56,602 bases of DNA, taken from contig JBBTQN010000017.1 in the NCBI GenBank assembly GCA_038065695.1, forward strand, positions 1-56,602. Reading direction: 5' to 3'. The notes beneath the pieces were generated by a model, which was given only the letters and a program-made list of their open reading frames with translations, did no database searches and had not been told where the DNA came from. Origin of the DNA: Patescibacteria group bacterium (lineage in GTDB: Bacteria; Patescibacteriota; Patescibacteriia; 2-01-FULL-39-33). Positions 35,945 through 44,514 of this stretch are shown in pieces; positions within the stretch are counted from its first letter, which is position 1, and each line of letters begins with the position of its first letter. A program made the position numbers and the translations under genes.

Positions 35945-38900
35945 ATGGTTATCAGGGCTTACCGTCAAGATCAAACCGAATTTGAACGCTGTTTTAACAT
36001 TGAAGCCGCCAAACCTTTGACGGCTGAAGAACTGAAAAAATTATACTGGGTTTTGGCTGAAACATTTGAGCCGGAAAAATTCGCTTGTGAACCGTTTTTA
36101 GACGGCAAGAACCTAGTGGAAATCGGTCCGCGGCTCAATTTCGCCACCGCCGTTTCCACTAATGCCGTGTCTATTTGTCACGCCGTCGGCCTGACTAAAA
36201 TCACGCGCGTTGAAATCTCGCGGCGGATAATCTTGGCTCCGGGCTTTAATCGGGAAAAATACATCGTCCAAAATCACGACCGCATGACCGAATACGAATA
36301 CCTTAAGCCGCTCTCCACTTTTGAAACCGGCATAAAGACTAAACCGGTCATAATCATCCCGGTGCTTGAGCAAGGCGAAGCGGCGATAGCTGCCATTAAT
36401 GAAGAAATGGGCTTAGGCATGGACGCCTGGGACATCAGCTATTATACCAAGCTATTTAAAGACGACCTCAAACGCAATCCAACCGACGTGGAATGTTTCC
36501 AACTTGGCACCGCCAACAGCGAACATTCACGCCATGGATTTTTCAAAGGCAAACAAATTATTGATGGCCAAGAGATGCCTCGCACGCTCATGGAAGTCAT
36601 CCAAGAGCCGCTCAAACGGCATCTCGGAAACAGCATCATCGCTTTCCATGACAATTCCAGTGCGATTCGCGGATTTAAAATCCGAACGATTATGCCGGAA
36701 GAGCCGGGCCGATGCTCTCGATTTGTTAAAGGGCGGGTAATCTATCACCTACTTTTTACGGCCGAGACGCACAACTTTCCTACCGGTGTCGCTCCCATTC
36801 CGGGAGCGGAAACTGGCACGGGCGGACGCATTCGCGATACCCATGCGACCGGACGCGGGTCTTTGAAAATTGCCGGTACGGCCGGATTCTGCGTAGGCAA
36901 TCTCAATATCCCGGGCTATCACATCCCGGGTGAAGATGACGGTACCTGGCCGCATCCCGGCAACCTTTGTTCGCCCCTGGAAATCTTACTGGGGGAAAGT
37001 AAAGGCGCTTGGGATTATGGCAATAAAATCGGCGAACCGGTTATTCAAGGGTTCACTCGGACTTTCGGCCTGATATTGCCGGACGGCGAACGCTGCGAAT
37101 TCCTAAAACCCATTATGTTCACGGGCGGTATCGGTCAAATAGACGACCGCCATATACAAAAAGACCAACCCCAAAAAGGCATGTTAATTGTTCAAATTGG
37201 CGGTCCGGCTTATCGCATCGGCCTGGGCGGCGGTTCCGCCTCCAGCATGATGCAAGGCGAAAACAAGGCCGATCTGGATTTTAATGCCGTTCAACGAGGC
37301 GACGCGGAAATGGAAAATAAAGTTGACCGCGTCATTCGCGCTTGCGTGGAAATGGGCGACAAAAATCCCATCCGCGTCATCCACGACCAGGGCGCGGGCG
37401 GCCCTTGCAACGTCCTAACCGAACTGGTTGATCCGGCTGGCGGAAAAATCAAAATTCGCCTCATCAATGTCGGCGACCCCACTATGTCCGTATTGGAAAT
37501 TTGGGGCGCGGAATTCCAAGAACGCGATGGCTTCCTGATTTGGGAAGATCGCTTTCAAGAATTTCTGAATATTTGCATTCGTGAACGCGTCAATTGCGAG
37601 CTCCTTGGTGAAATTACCGGCGACGGCCAAATTGTGGTCTATGATGAGAATGACGGTTCCATACCGGTTGACCTGCCTCTGGAAAAAATCCTAGGCAAGA
37701 TGCCGCAAAAAACCTTCGAGTCCGAAACGATTGAAAAAAAATTAAGGCCATTTGAATTGCCCGAGTCATTGACCCTCTATGAGGCGATCAAGATGGTCTT
37801 CGCTTTGCCGTCGGTCGGCTCCAAAGAAGGACTCTTAAACCGCGTTGACCGAAGTGTCACCGGGCTTATCGCCCGACAGCAATACTGCGGGCCGGTGCAA
37901 TTGCCGGTTTCCGATGTGGCGGTAGTGGCGCAAAGCCACTTCGGCCTCACCGGCGCGGCCATTGCCGTCGGCGAACAGCCGATTAAAATGTTGGTTGACG
38001 AAGAAGCGGGCGCCCGTCTGGCGGTCGGCGAAATGCTGACCAATATGGCCGGCTCTCTCATCAGTGGACTTTCCGACATCAAGTGTTCCGTCAATTGGAT
38101 GTGGCCGGCCAAGCTTCCGGGCGGAGGCGCGGCGCTCCATCGAGCGGCTGTTGCAGCCACCGATTTTATCATTAAGCTTCAAGGCGCCGAACCGGATGGC
38201 GGCAAGGACAGCTTGTCCATGGCCGCCAAAGTCGGCGAACAAATAGTTAAGTCGCCCGGCCAAATGGTGGTTTCGGGCTATGTCACTATGCCGGACATTA
38301 CTCGCGCCCTTACTCCGGACATCAAACATCCAGGCAAAAGCCGTTTGATGTTCATCAACCTCAACAAAGACATGGCACAATTAGGCGGTTCGGCCTTGGC
38401 GCAAGCTCACGGCCAAATCGGCGACAAAGTGCCGGATATTGACGCCAAAAATCTTCGGTCCGGATTTCAAGCCATACAAAAGCTTCATCGCCTCGGGCTG
38501 ATCTCGGCCATCCACGATATTTCCGACGGCGGATTCATCACCACGATTTTGGAGATGGCCTTTGCCGGAAATTGCGGCCTGGATTTGAAGTTTAATCAGT
38601 ATTGGGGTTATGACTGGGCCAGCGCTTTGTTTTTTGAAAATCTGGGCTGGGTCATTGAATACGATCCCAAAGACAAACAAAAAATTCAACAGGTCTTGAA
38701 ACAAGCAGGGTTCAAAGGTTACTGCCACACCATCGGCCGGACGACAAAAGACAAAAAAGTAACCGTCCGATTTCATGGCGAAGTCCTGCTTGCCGAAGAA
38801 ATGCAAAAATTGCGCGCTCTCTGGCGGGAAACTTCTTTCCGGTTGGCGGCGCAAGTCGCCAATCCTGTTTGCGTGGATGAAGAACGCGAGGTGGTCTACG

Positions 38901-39754
38901 ACCGGACCGAATTTCAATACGAGGCCAACTTTGACTATCATTGGACCAAGTTTGACCGGCAAATGCTGGAACGGCGCGAAAAACCGAAGGTGGCCATCCT
39001 CCGAGAGGAAGGCACCAATGGCGACCGTGAGATGACTTCCGCTTTCTGGCTAGCCGGTTTTGACACCTTCGATGTGTCCATGACCGACTTAATTGGGGGC
39101 AAGGTCAGCTTGAAAGAATTTCGCGGTTTGATCTTCCCCGGCGGCTTCTCTTTTGCCGATGTTCTTGATTCGGCCAAGGGCTGGGCCGCAGTCATTAAAT
39201 TCAACCAGCGCGTGGCGGATGAATTTTCCGCCTTTCTCGCGCGTCAAGACACCTTCGTTTTCGGCGTCTGTAATGGCTGCCAACTTATGGCGCTCTTGGA
39301 CATGGTTCCATGGCCGGACATCGCCTTGAAAAAACAGCCAAGATTCATCAAAAACACTTCCGGTGTTTTTGAATCGCGCTGGACGAATCTTGTTATTGAA
39401 CAAGACGACTCCATATTCCTGAAAGGCATGAAGGGATCATTCTTGGGTTGCTGGGTGGCACACGGCGAAGGCAGATTTTATTGCCCGGACCAGACCATTG
39501 TTTCTGAAATTTTAAGAAACAGGTTGTCGCCGATAATTTATCAAGGAACCAGCTACCCGGGTAATCCTAACGGTTCGCTCCTTGGGATCGCCGGGCTAAT
39601 TTCCCGAAACAACCGCTATTTGGCCATGATGCCTCATCCGGAACGGGTGTTCCTGCCGTGGCAATGGCCTCACTGGTCAAATTTGAAAAAAGGCAAAGTC
39701 AGCCCCTGGTTCCAGCTTTTTAGGAATGCGCGGAATTGGTGCGACCAAAGCTGA
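35945..39754 (+). CDS. purL: Phosphoribosylformylglycinamidine synthase, large fused form
   Basis: NSEHSRH, ETHNFPT, HDQGAGG, GGKDSLSM, HDISDGG, GGFSFADVL, GVCNGCQ, MMPHPER. Confidence 0.97.
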   Translation: MVIRAYRQDQTEFERCFNIEAAKPLTAEELKKLYWVLAETFEPEKFACEPFLDGKNLVEIGPRLNFATAVSTNAVSICHAVGLTKITRVEISRRIILAPGFNREKYIVQNHDRMTEYEYLKPLSTFETGIKTKPVIIIPVLEQGEAAIAAINEEMGLGMDAWDISYYTKLFKDDLKRNPTDVECFQLGTANSEHSRHGFFKGKQIIDGQEMPRTLMEVIQEPLKRHLGNSIIAFHDNSSAIRGFKIRTIMPEEPGRCSRFVKGRVIYHLLFTAETHNFPTGVAPIPGAETGTGGRIRDTHATGRGSLKIAGTAGFCVGNLNIPGYHIPGEDDGTWPHPGNLCSPLEILLGESKGAWDYGNKIGEPVIQGFTRTFGLILPDGERCEFLKPIMFTGGIGQIDDRHIQKDQPQKGMLIVQIGGPAYRIGLGGGSASSMMQGENKADLDFNAVQRGDAEMENKVDRVIRACVEMGDKNPIRVIHDQGAGGPCNVLTELVDPAGGKIKIRLINVGDPTMSVLEIWGAEFQERDGFLIWEDRFQEFLNICIRERVNCELLGEITGDGQIVVYDENDGSIPVDLPLEKILGKMPQKTFESETIEKKLRPFELPESLTLYEAIKMVFALPSVGSKEGLLNRVDRSVTGLIARQQYCGPVQLPVSDVAVVAQSHFGLTGAAIAVGEQPIKMLVDEEAGARLAVGEMLTNMAGSLISGLSDIKCSVNWMWPAKLPGGGAALHRAAVAATDFIIKLQGAEPDGGKDSLSMAAKVGEQIVKSPGQMVVSGYVTMPDITRALTPDIKHPGKSRLMFINLNKDMAQLGGSALAQAHGQIGDKVPDIDAKNLRSGFQAIQKLHRLGLISAIHDISDGGFITTILEMAFAGNCGLDLKFNQYWGYDWASALFFENLGWVIEYDPKDKQKIQQVLKQAGFKGYCHTIGRTTKDKKVTVRFHGEVLLAEEMQKLRALWRETSFRLAAQVANPVCVDEEREVVYDRTEFQYEANFDYHWTKFDRQMLERREKPKVAILREEGTNGDREMTSAFWLAGFDTFDVSMTDLIGGKVSLKEFRGLIFPGGFSFADVLDSAKGWAAVIKFNQRVADEFSAFLARQDTFVFGVCNGCQLMALLDMVPWPDIALKKQPRFIKNTSGVFESRWTNLVIEQDDSIFLKGMKGSFLGCWVAHGEGRFYCPDQTIVSEILRNRLSPIIYQGTSYPGNPNGSLLGIAGLISRNNRYLAMMPHPERVFLPWQWPHWSNLKKGKVSPWFQLFRNARNWCDQS

Positions 39755-39770
39755 AAGCTCATTAATTTCA

Positions 39771-39810
39771 AGCCGCGAACTCTTTGAAAAAGGAATTCGC
39801 GGCGTTTTTT
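39771..39810 (+). terminator. Intrinsic terminator
   Basis: GCCGCGAA...TTCGCGGC followed by a T-tract. Confidence 0.8.
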
Positions 39811-39915
39811 ATGACTTCTTGATTTTTTTAGCTATTTGATATAAGTTTACTTTGAAAAGATTGGGTTGTTCCCGGTCTTTATTCGCACATTTGACATCAA
39901 AAAGGAGAAAGACCA

Positions 39916-41031
39916 ATGGAACAAGAAACAATGACTTACGCCGGAACCGGCGTAGATTATGACGCCATGGACCCGTTCAAACGAAAGGCGCAACAAGCCG
40001 GAATCGAAACTGTCGGAAACATCTTTCGCCTTGGCCTTGACGAACTTGAGGTGAGTCGAGGCGAGAGCGTCTATCTCGTTGAAACGCCGGATAGCTTTCT
40101 GGCCCATGTTGAGGAAGGGCTCGGAACCAAAAACTTGGTAGCCGACGCCATGTATCGGCTGACCGGAAGGACCTACTACGACCATATCGCCCAGTGCGCC
40201 GTGGCTATGATTGTGAACGATATGATCACTTTGGGCGCCTTGCCCGTATCGGTAGCCATGCATCTCGCCGTCGGTGAATCTGAATGGTTCAATAATAAAC
40301 ACCGCTATTGGGATCTTGTTGAGGGTTGGAAAAATGCCTGCAACTTGGCGGATTGCGTCTGGGGCGGCGGCGAGACGCCAACCCTAAAAGGCATCGTTAT
40401 GCCTGGCACCGCGGTGCTTAGCGGTTCTGCCATGGGCATCGTCAAACCCAAAAAACGGCTGATCCATCCCGCCAACATCGGGCATGACGACGTGATTATT
40501 ATCTTGCCCAGTTCCGGCATTCACGCCAACGGCTTGACGCTGGCGCGAAAAATCGCCGACAAACTGCCAGAAGGATATCTCACCAAATTGTCCGACGGAC
40601 GAACTTATGGCGCGACGCTCCTTGAACCGACGTTTATTTATGTGAGAGCCATAGAAAAATGTCTGGACCATGGCGTAAATATCCACTACGCCGTCAACAT
40701 CACCGGCCATGGCTGGCGCAAGCTCATGCGGGCAACCCAGCCGTTCGCTTATGTGATTGAGGATTTGCCGCCGCCTCTGCCGATCTTTGATTTTATCCAA
40801 AAACACGGACCGGTAGACGACGTTGAAGCATTTGGCAATCTCAATATGGGCGCGGGCTTCGCCGTTTTCGTGCCAATGAGCGATTTGGAAGAAGCTCTCC
40901 TGTCAATCAGATTATCCGGCTCCAATTACGTTTATGTCGCCGGCCATATCGAAAAAAGCGACGAGAAAAAAGTGGTTATCAAACCCAAAAATCTCACCTT
41001 TCTTGGGTCTACATTAGCAATAAGGCGATAA
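39916..41031 (+). CDS. purM: AIR synthase (phosphoribosylformylglycinamidine cyclo-ligase)
   Basis: TYAGTGVDY, EGLGTK, VAMIVND, GGETP, SSGIHANGLTLAR, NITGHG, NMGAGF. Confidence 0.93.
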   Translation: MEQETMTYAGTGVDYDAMDPFKRKAQQAGIETVGNIFRLGLDELEVSRGESVYLVETPDSFLAHVEEGLGTKNLVADAMYRLTGRTYYDHIAQCAVAMIVNDMITLGALPVSVAMHLAVGESEWFNNKHRYWDLVEGWKNACNLADCVWGGGETPTLKGIVMPGTAVLSGSAMGIVKPKKRLIHPANIGHDDVIIILPSSGIHANGLTLARKIADKLPEGYLTKLSDGRTYGATLLEPTFIYVRAIEKCLDHGVNIHYAVNITGHGWRKLMRATQPFAYVIEDLPPPLPIFDFIQKHGPVDDVEAFGNLNMGAGFAVFVPMSDLEEALLSIRLSGSNYVYVAGHIEKSDEKKVVIKPKNLTFLGSTLAIRR

Positions 41032-41047
41032 ACAAAAATTTCTTTCA

Positions 41048-41080
41048 GCGACTTTGTAAAATAAACAAAGTCGCTTTTTT
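41048..41080 (+). terminator. Intrinsic terminator
   Basis: GCGACTTTGT...ACAAAGTCGC followed by a T-tract. Confidence 0.8.
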
Positions 41081-41098
41081 ATTTTTTAAAAAAATAAT

Positions 41099-41124
41099 TT
41101 GCTACGCAGCATGCTGCGTAGCAA
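41099..41124. repeat. 26-bp palindrome, copy 2
   Basis: TTGCTACGCAGCATGCTGCGTAGCAA. Confidence 0.95.
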
Positions 41125-41205
41125 GATTAGTTAATACACTTTGATTGTATCTTAATGAAGAAGGGCGGGCAAAATTCGCGCGTATCCCCGCCACCCGTCT
41201 CCATT

Positions 41206-42852
41206 TTAATAAATCAACCTCGCGATACGGATCTCTTCATAAGAAAATTTCTCGCCCAAAAATTCTTTGACCGGCGCCAGGCGGAATACGCCGCCCTCGC
41301 CAAAGCCCCGCGGCAAGGCCTTGATGATTTTTTCTAACTGCGCCGTCGGAATTCCGTTTGCCAAAAAAGAAAAATCAAAACGCGGATCGCGGCTCTTTAT
41401 TTTTTCCAAATGGGATATAATCGTGCCCGTCTTTAGCCCTCTCGCTTTGGCAATTTCTTCAATTGACCGGCCAGCCAAAAGGAACTTCTTGGTTTCTTTT
41501 TCGGTATCCACTTTTTCTTTTTTTATTTTCGGCTGGCCGGCGCCGATTTTTTCCAAAAAATTTTTTTGGGCCGCTGAAATTTCAGCCAAAGACAAACTGC
41601 CCAACTCTTCACCGTGATTTAAAGAATCAGCGCGGAATTTCTTATCATATTCCATCACCTCCTCATTAACCTTCAAGGCCATATCATTTAGACCCAAGAG
41701 AGACAGCCCGGCCAAGCTCCGGACGCGAGAGAGCGCCACATAGCCCATCCCCCTTTCAAACGACTGCGACAAATCTATCTGCGCCGCGTCCAAACTCATG
41801 CCTTGGCTTTTATGGACGGTAATCGCCCAAGCCAAACGCAATGGGTATTGGGTGATCCGGGCGATGGCCTCGCCACAGTCTTCAATCATCCAATTGGCCT
41901 TTTCCACCTCAATCACCTTGCCCGAGACCGTTTTCACCCTGATGCCAAAATCATCACAATCAACCACCGCGCCCAAAGTGCCGTTGGCGTAACCGGCCTC
42001 AAAATTATTTTTAACAAACATCACCCGCGCGCCAACTTTGAGCCGCAAAATATCCGGCGCCAAGCAGGTTTTCTTCAAAATTTCCGTCAAATTGCCGCGG
42101 CCGCGGCCGGACATTTTATATTCAAAAATCTCGCCGGTAATCTTGGCGAGTTCCCGCTCGTTTTCCGCGTCAACATTGACATTGTGCGAATAAATCTTGG
42201 TCGGCTCAATGCCGATCTCCGTCTTTTTGCCGAAACACGATTTCAAACGGCCAAAGATGCTATCGGAAATTTTATCGTCTCTGATGCCGTTTAAAACTTC
42301 AATAAATTCAATGTCGCTCTGGCGATGCTGTTCGTCCAAATAACAAATTTTGAGATTCAGATTTTCCCACGCCGGCGAATGATAAGCAAAACGAGCCGGA
42401 TCTTCGCCCCCGCGACTCACCGGCGGCAATTGAAAAAAATCGCCGCATAAAATCACCTGCAAACCGCCGAAAGGCGCGTCAACTCGCTTGAACGCGCGAA
42501 TTATTTTATCTATCAAGTCAAGACGAAAATGATGAAGCATGGAAATTTCGTCAATCACTAGAACCTTGGCCTGGTCAAGCCGTTGGCGCAGATACGATTT
42601 TTTAACCAAATTGTCTAAATCATGTTTGGATAATTTATCGCGGATGCCCAAGCCGGACCAAGCGTGGATAGTCATGCCGTTCATATGGGTGGCGGCAACA
42701 CCGGTGGAGGCGGTGACGCCCATAAGGACGCCGCGCGCCTTGAGATATTTGACATATTCATTCAAAAGATGGGTCTTGCCGCTTCCCGCCGCGCCAGTAA
42801 TAAAAGCATTATGCCCCATTTTGAGTATTTCCAACGCTTGTTTTTGGGTCAT
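41206..42852 (-). CDS. Pif1-family helicase with C-terminal helix-turn-helix
   Basis: ITGAAGSGKT, TASTGVAA, IDEISM, GDFFQLPPV, QYPLRLAWAITVHKSQGMSLD, YVALSR. Confidence 0.95.
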   Translation of the reverse strand: MTQKQALEILKMGHNAFITGAAGSGKTHLLNEYVKYLKARGVLMGVTASTGVAATHMNGMTIHAWSGLGIRDKLSKHDLDNLVKKSYLRQRLDQAKVLVIDEISMLHHFRLDLIDKIIRAFKRVDAPFGGLQVILCGDFFQLPPVSRGGEDPARFAYHSPAWENLNLKICYLDEQHRQSDIEFIEVLNGIRDDKISDSIFGRLKSCFGKKTEIGIEPTKIYSHNVNVDAENERELAKITGEIFEYKMSGRGRGNLTEILKKTCLAPDILRLKVGARVMFVKNNFEAGYANGTLGAVVDCDDFGIRVKTVSGKVIEVEKANWMIEDCGEAIARITQYPLRLAWAITVHKSQGMSLDAAQIDLSQSFERGMGYVALSRVRSLAGLSLLGLNDMALKVNEEVMEYDKKFRADSLNHGEELGSLSLAEISAAQKNFLEKIGAGQPKIKKEKVDTEKETKKFLLAGRSIEEIAKARGLKTGTIISHLEKIKSRDPRFDFSFLANGIPTAQLEKIIKALPRGFGEGGVFRLAPVKEFLGEKFSYEEIRIARLIY

Positions 42853-42882
42853 GATATAATCTTGTAAAAATTTTAATTTTAT

Positions 42883-43250
42883 TTATGTTTTTACCAACGG
42901 TTCTTCCCAGCCAAAACAAGTGGACTGGCCGCGAAATTTTCCAAATGCCTTGGCGCAAGTTGAGTCAAGTTTGACGTATTCTTGAAGCACAATAACCACT
43001 TCCTCAATAAATCCGCCAACCGTGCCGTCGGAATCATCAACGCCGCCCGCGCTTAATTTCTTATCAAGCCGCAAAAGCAAATCGACCAACAATTTTGCCG
43101 TCTGTTCGCTTATTGGTAATTCTGACACTAATTTTGACAAACGGGCGCATCCTTCAGAAAGCGAATTTTGATAGGCAAACCAAACGCCTTCTCAAAAGTC
43201 GGCCCGTCTGTGGCGAATTTAATTTTGTCCAAGTTATAAACCGGCCGCAT
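42883..43250 (-). pseudogene. Internally deleted/frameshifted conserved hypothetical gene
   Basis: ATG at 43250 gives MRPVYNLDKIKFATDGPTFEKA..., which stops early; a second frame carries WFAYQNSLSEGCARLSKLVSELP...GGVDDSDGTVGGF...CFGWEEPLV. Confidence 0.6.
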
Positions 43251-43305
43251 ATTTTATTCTCTTCTCTAAAATTAAATGTCTGTTTTTATACTGATTAAGC
43301 GGGAA

Positions 43306-43464
43306 CTACTGTTTCCAATCCTTGATAATAATGCTCTGCCCTTTGGTGGTGATGACAAGTTTTTGTTTTTCTCTGATTTTAAGCTCGTCCGCGATTTCCG
43401 CGGGGATGTTGATGGACAAACTCCTCCTGCCCGCGCGCGTAACTTTGCGAATGTATTTTTCCAT
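43306..43464 (-). CDS. AbrB/MazE/SpoVT-like DNA-binding protein, copy 2 (52 aa)
   Basis: MEKYIRKVTRAGRRSLSINIPAEIADELKIREKQKLVITTKGQSIIIKDWKQ. Confidence 0.85.
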   Translation of the reverse strand: MEKYIRKVTRAGRRSLSINIPAEIADELKIREKQKLVITTKGQSIIIKDWKQ

Positions 43465-43471
43465 AGGTTTG

Positions 43472-43497
43472 TTGTTACGTAGCATGCTACGTAGCAA
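43472..43497. repeat. 26-bp palindrome, copy 3 (variant)
   Basis: TTGTTACGTAGCATGCTACGTAGCAA. Confidence 0.9.
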
Positions 43498-43636
43498 AAT
43501 TTATTTAATAATATTTAATTATAAAAAATTAATTTTGATATTTTTCAACCAATCTTTGAATTTGCCCACTAGTCTCTCTGTGATTCATATAAATTAAGCT
43601 AAATTTAGACAAATTTGTAAATTATCCACAGCCTCA

Positions 43637-43665
43637 TTGATTTTTAATTTTTTTTATGGTATCAT
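43637..43665 (+). promoter_or_regulatory. sigma70 promoter for the small RNA; DnaA box TTATCCACA just upstream (43622-43630)
   Basis: TTGATT-17-TATCAT with extended TG. Confidence 0.7.
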
Positions 43666-43671
43666 GTATAT

Positions 43672-43737
43672 AAGAAGTAAATCCTCTCGTGTTGGAATAC
43701 CGTAAGGCGTTCCGTTAAAACGAGGGGTTTTCTTTTT
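43672..43737 (+). ncRNA. Candidate DUF3800-associated small structured RNA
   Basis: Outer stem CCTCTCGT/ACGAGGGG, inner GGAAT.CC-GTAA-GG.GTTCC hairpin with GNRA loop, U-tract, dedicated promoter. Confidence 0.6.
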
Positions 43738-44365
43738 ATGGAAACAGTGGACTTTCACCAATAATCTTGTCTTTTATTATTTTATAATACTCATAATCAT
43801 TAAGTTCATATTTTCTAAATATTGCCCAAGAAATGAAGTCAACCGCCTGCAAACACTTCTCCGTATGCGATGGCTTTATTCTTATTTTAAATCCATCATT
43901 ACCCCTTTTCGATAAACCGGTAGTCAGATAATCCTCAAAATTTTTCTTTAAAAATTTATTAGTTTCTCTCTGGTCAATGCAAATCAACACTTGATCATTA
44001 TTTTTAAAATTCTTTTTATTGTATAAACGGTCGAGTAATATATTGGCGGTATAATTATATAAATAACTTTTCTGATTTCTTAAATCGACATAAACTTTAC
44101 TTTTATTTAATATGAGACAATAAATTTGTAAATCACTGACTTCTGATAATTTTCTTAGAACTCTTTTTCTTGTGGTTGGGTTAGAATCATAAGCATGCAG
44201 CTCTCCCACTTTTTTATATTTCTTTTTCAATCCTCGATGGACTTTTTTTACACATTTCTCCACTATGCGATGATTATTGGTTAAAACAATGGTTATAATG
44301 AACCAACGGCTTGATCGTTCACTGAATCCCAAATCCCCACTCTCATCTAAAAAAATATAAAACAT
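43736..44365 (-). CDS. DUF3800 family protein
   Basis: N-terminal IFLDESGDLG and C-terminal LQAVDFISWA (DE...QxxD pattern). Confidence 0.88.
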   Translation of the reverse strand: MFYIFLDESGDLGFSERSSRWFIITIVLTNNHRIVEKCVKKVHRGLKKKYKKVGELHAYDSNPTTRKRVLRKLSEVSDLQIYCLILNKSKVYVDLRNQKSYLYNYTANILLDRLYNKKNFKNNDQVLICIDQRETNKFLKKNFEDYLTTGLSKRGNDGFKIRIKPSHTEKCLQAVDFISWAIFRKYELNDYEYYKIIKDKIIGESPLFP

Positions 44366-44460
44366 ATCACATGAGTTTACATTTTTGTCTACAGACTATA
44401 AGTGACATTTTATGATATAATTTTCCCATTTTCCCTTTAAAAAGTCAATTTAAAAAATTA

Positions 44461-44492
44461 AAAAAAACGGGTCAGACCTAAGTCTAACCCGT
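44461..44492 (-). terminator. Intrinsic terminator
   Basis: ACGGGTCAGAC-CTAA-GTCTAACCCGT with an A-tract on the left. Confidence 0.75.
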
Positions 44493-44514
44493 CGTGTCTA
44501 ACAATACAAATCAC

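Noticed and set aside
43622-43630. oriC suggested by a perfect DnaA box
   Set aside because: Only one perfect box was seen, with no cluster and no dnaA/dnaN nearby
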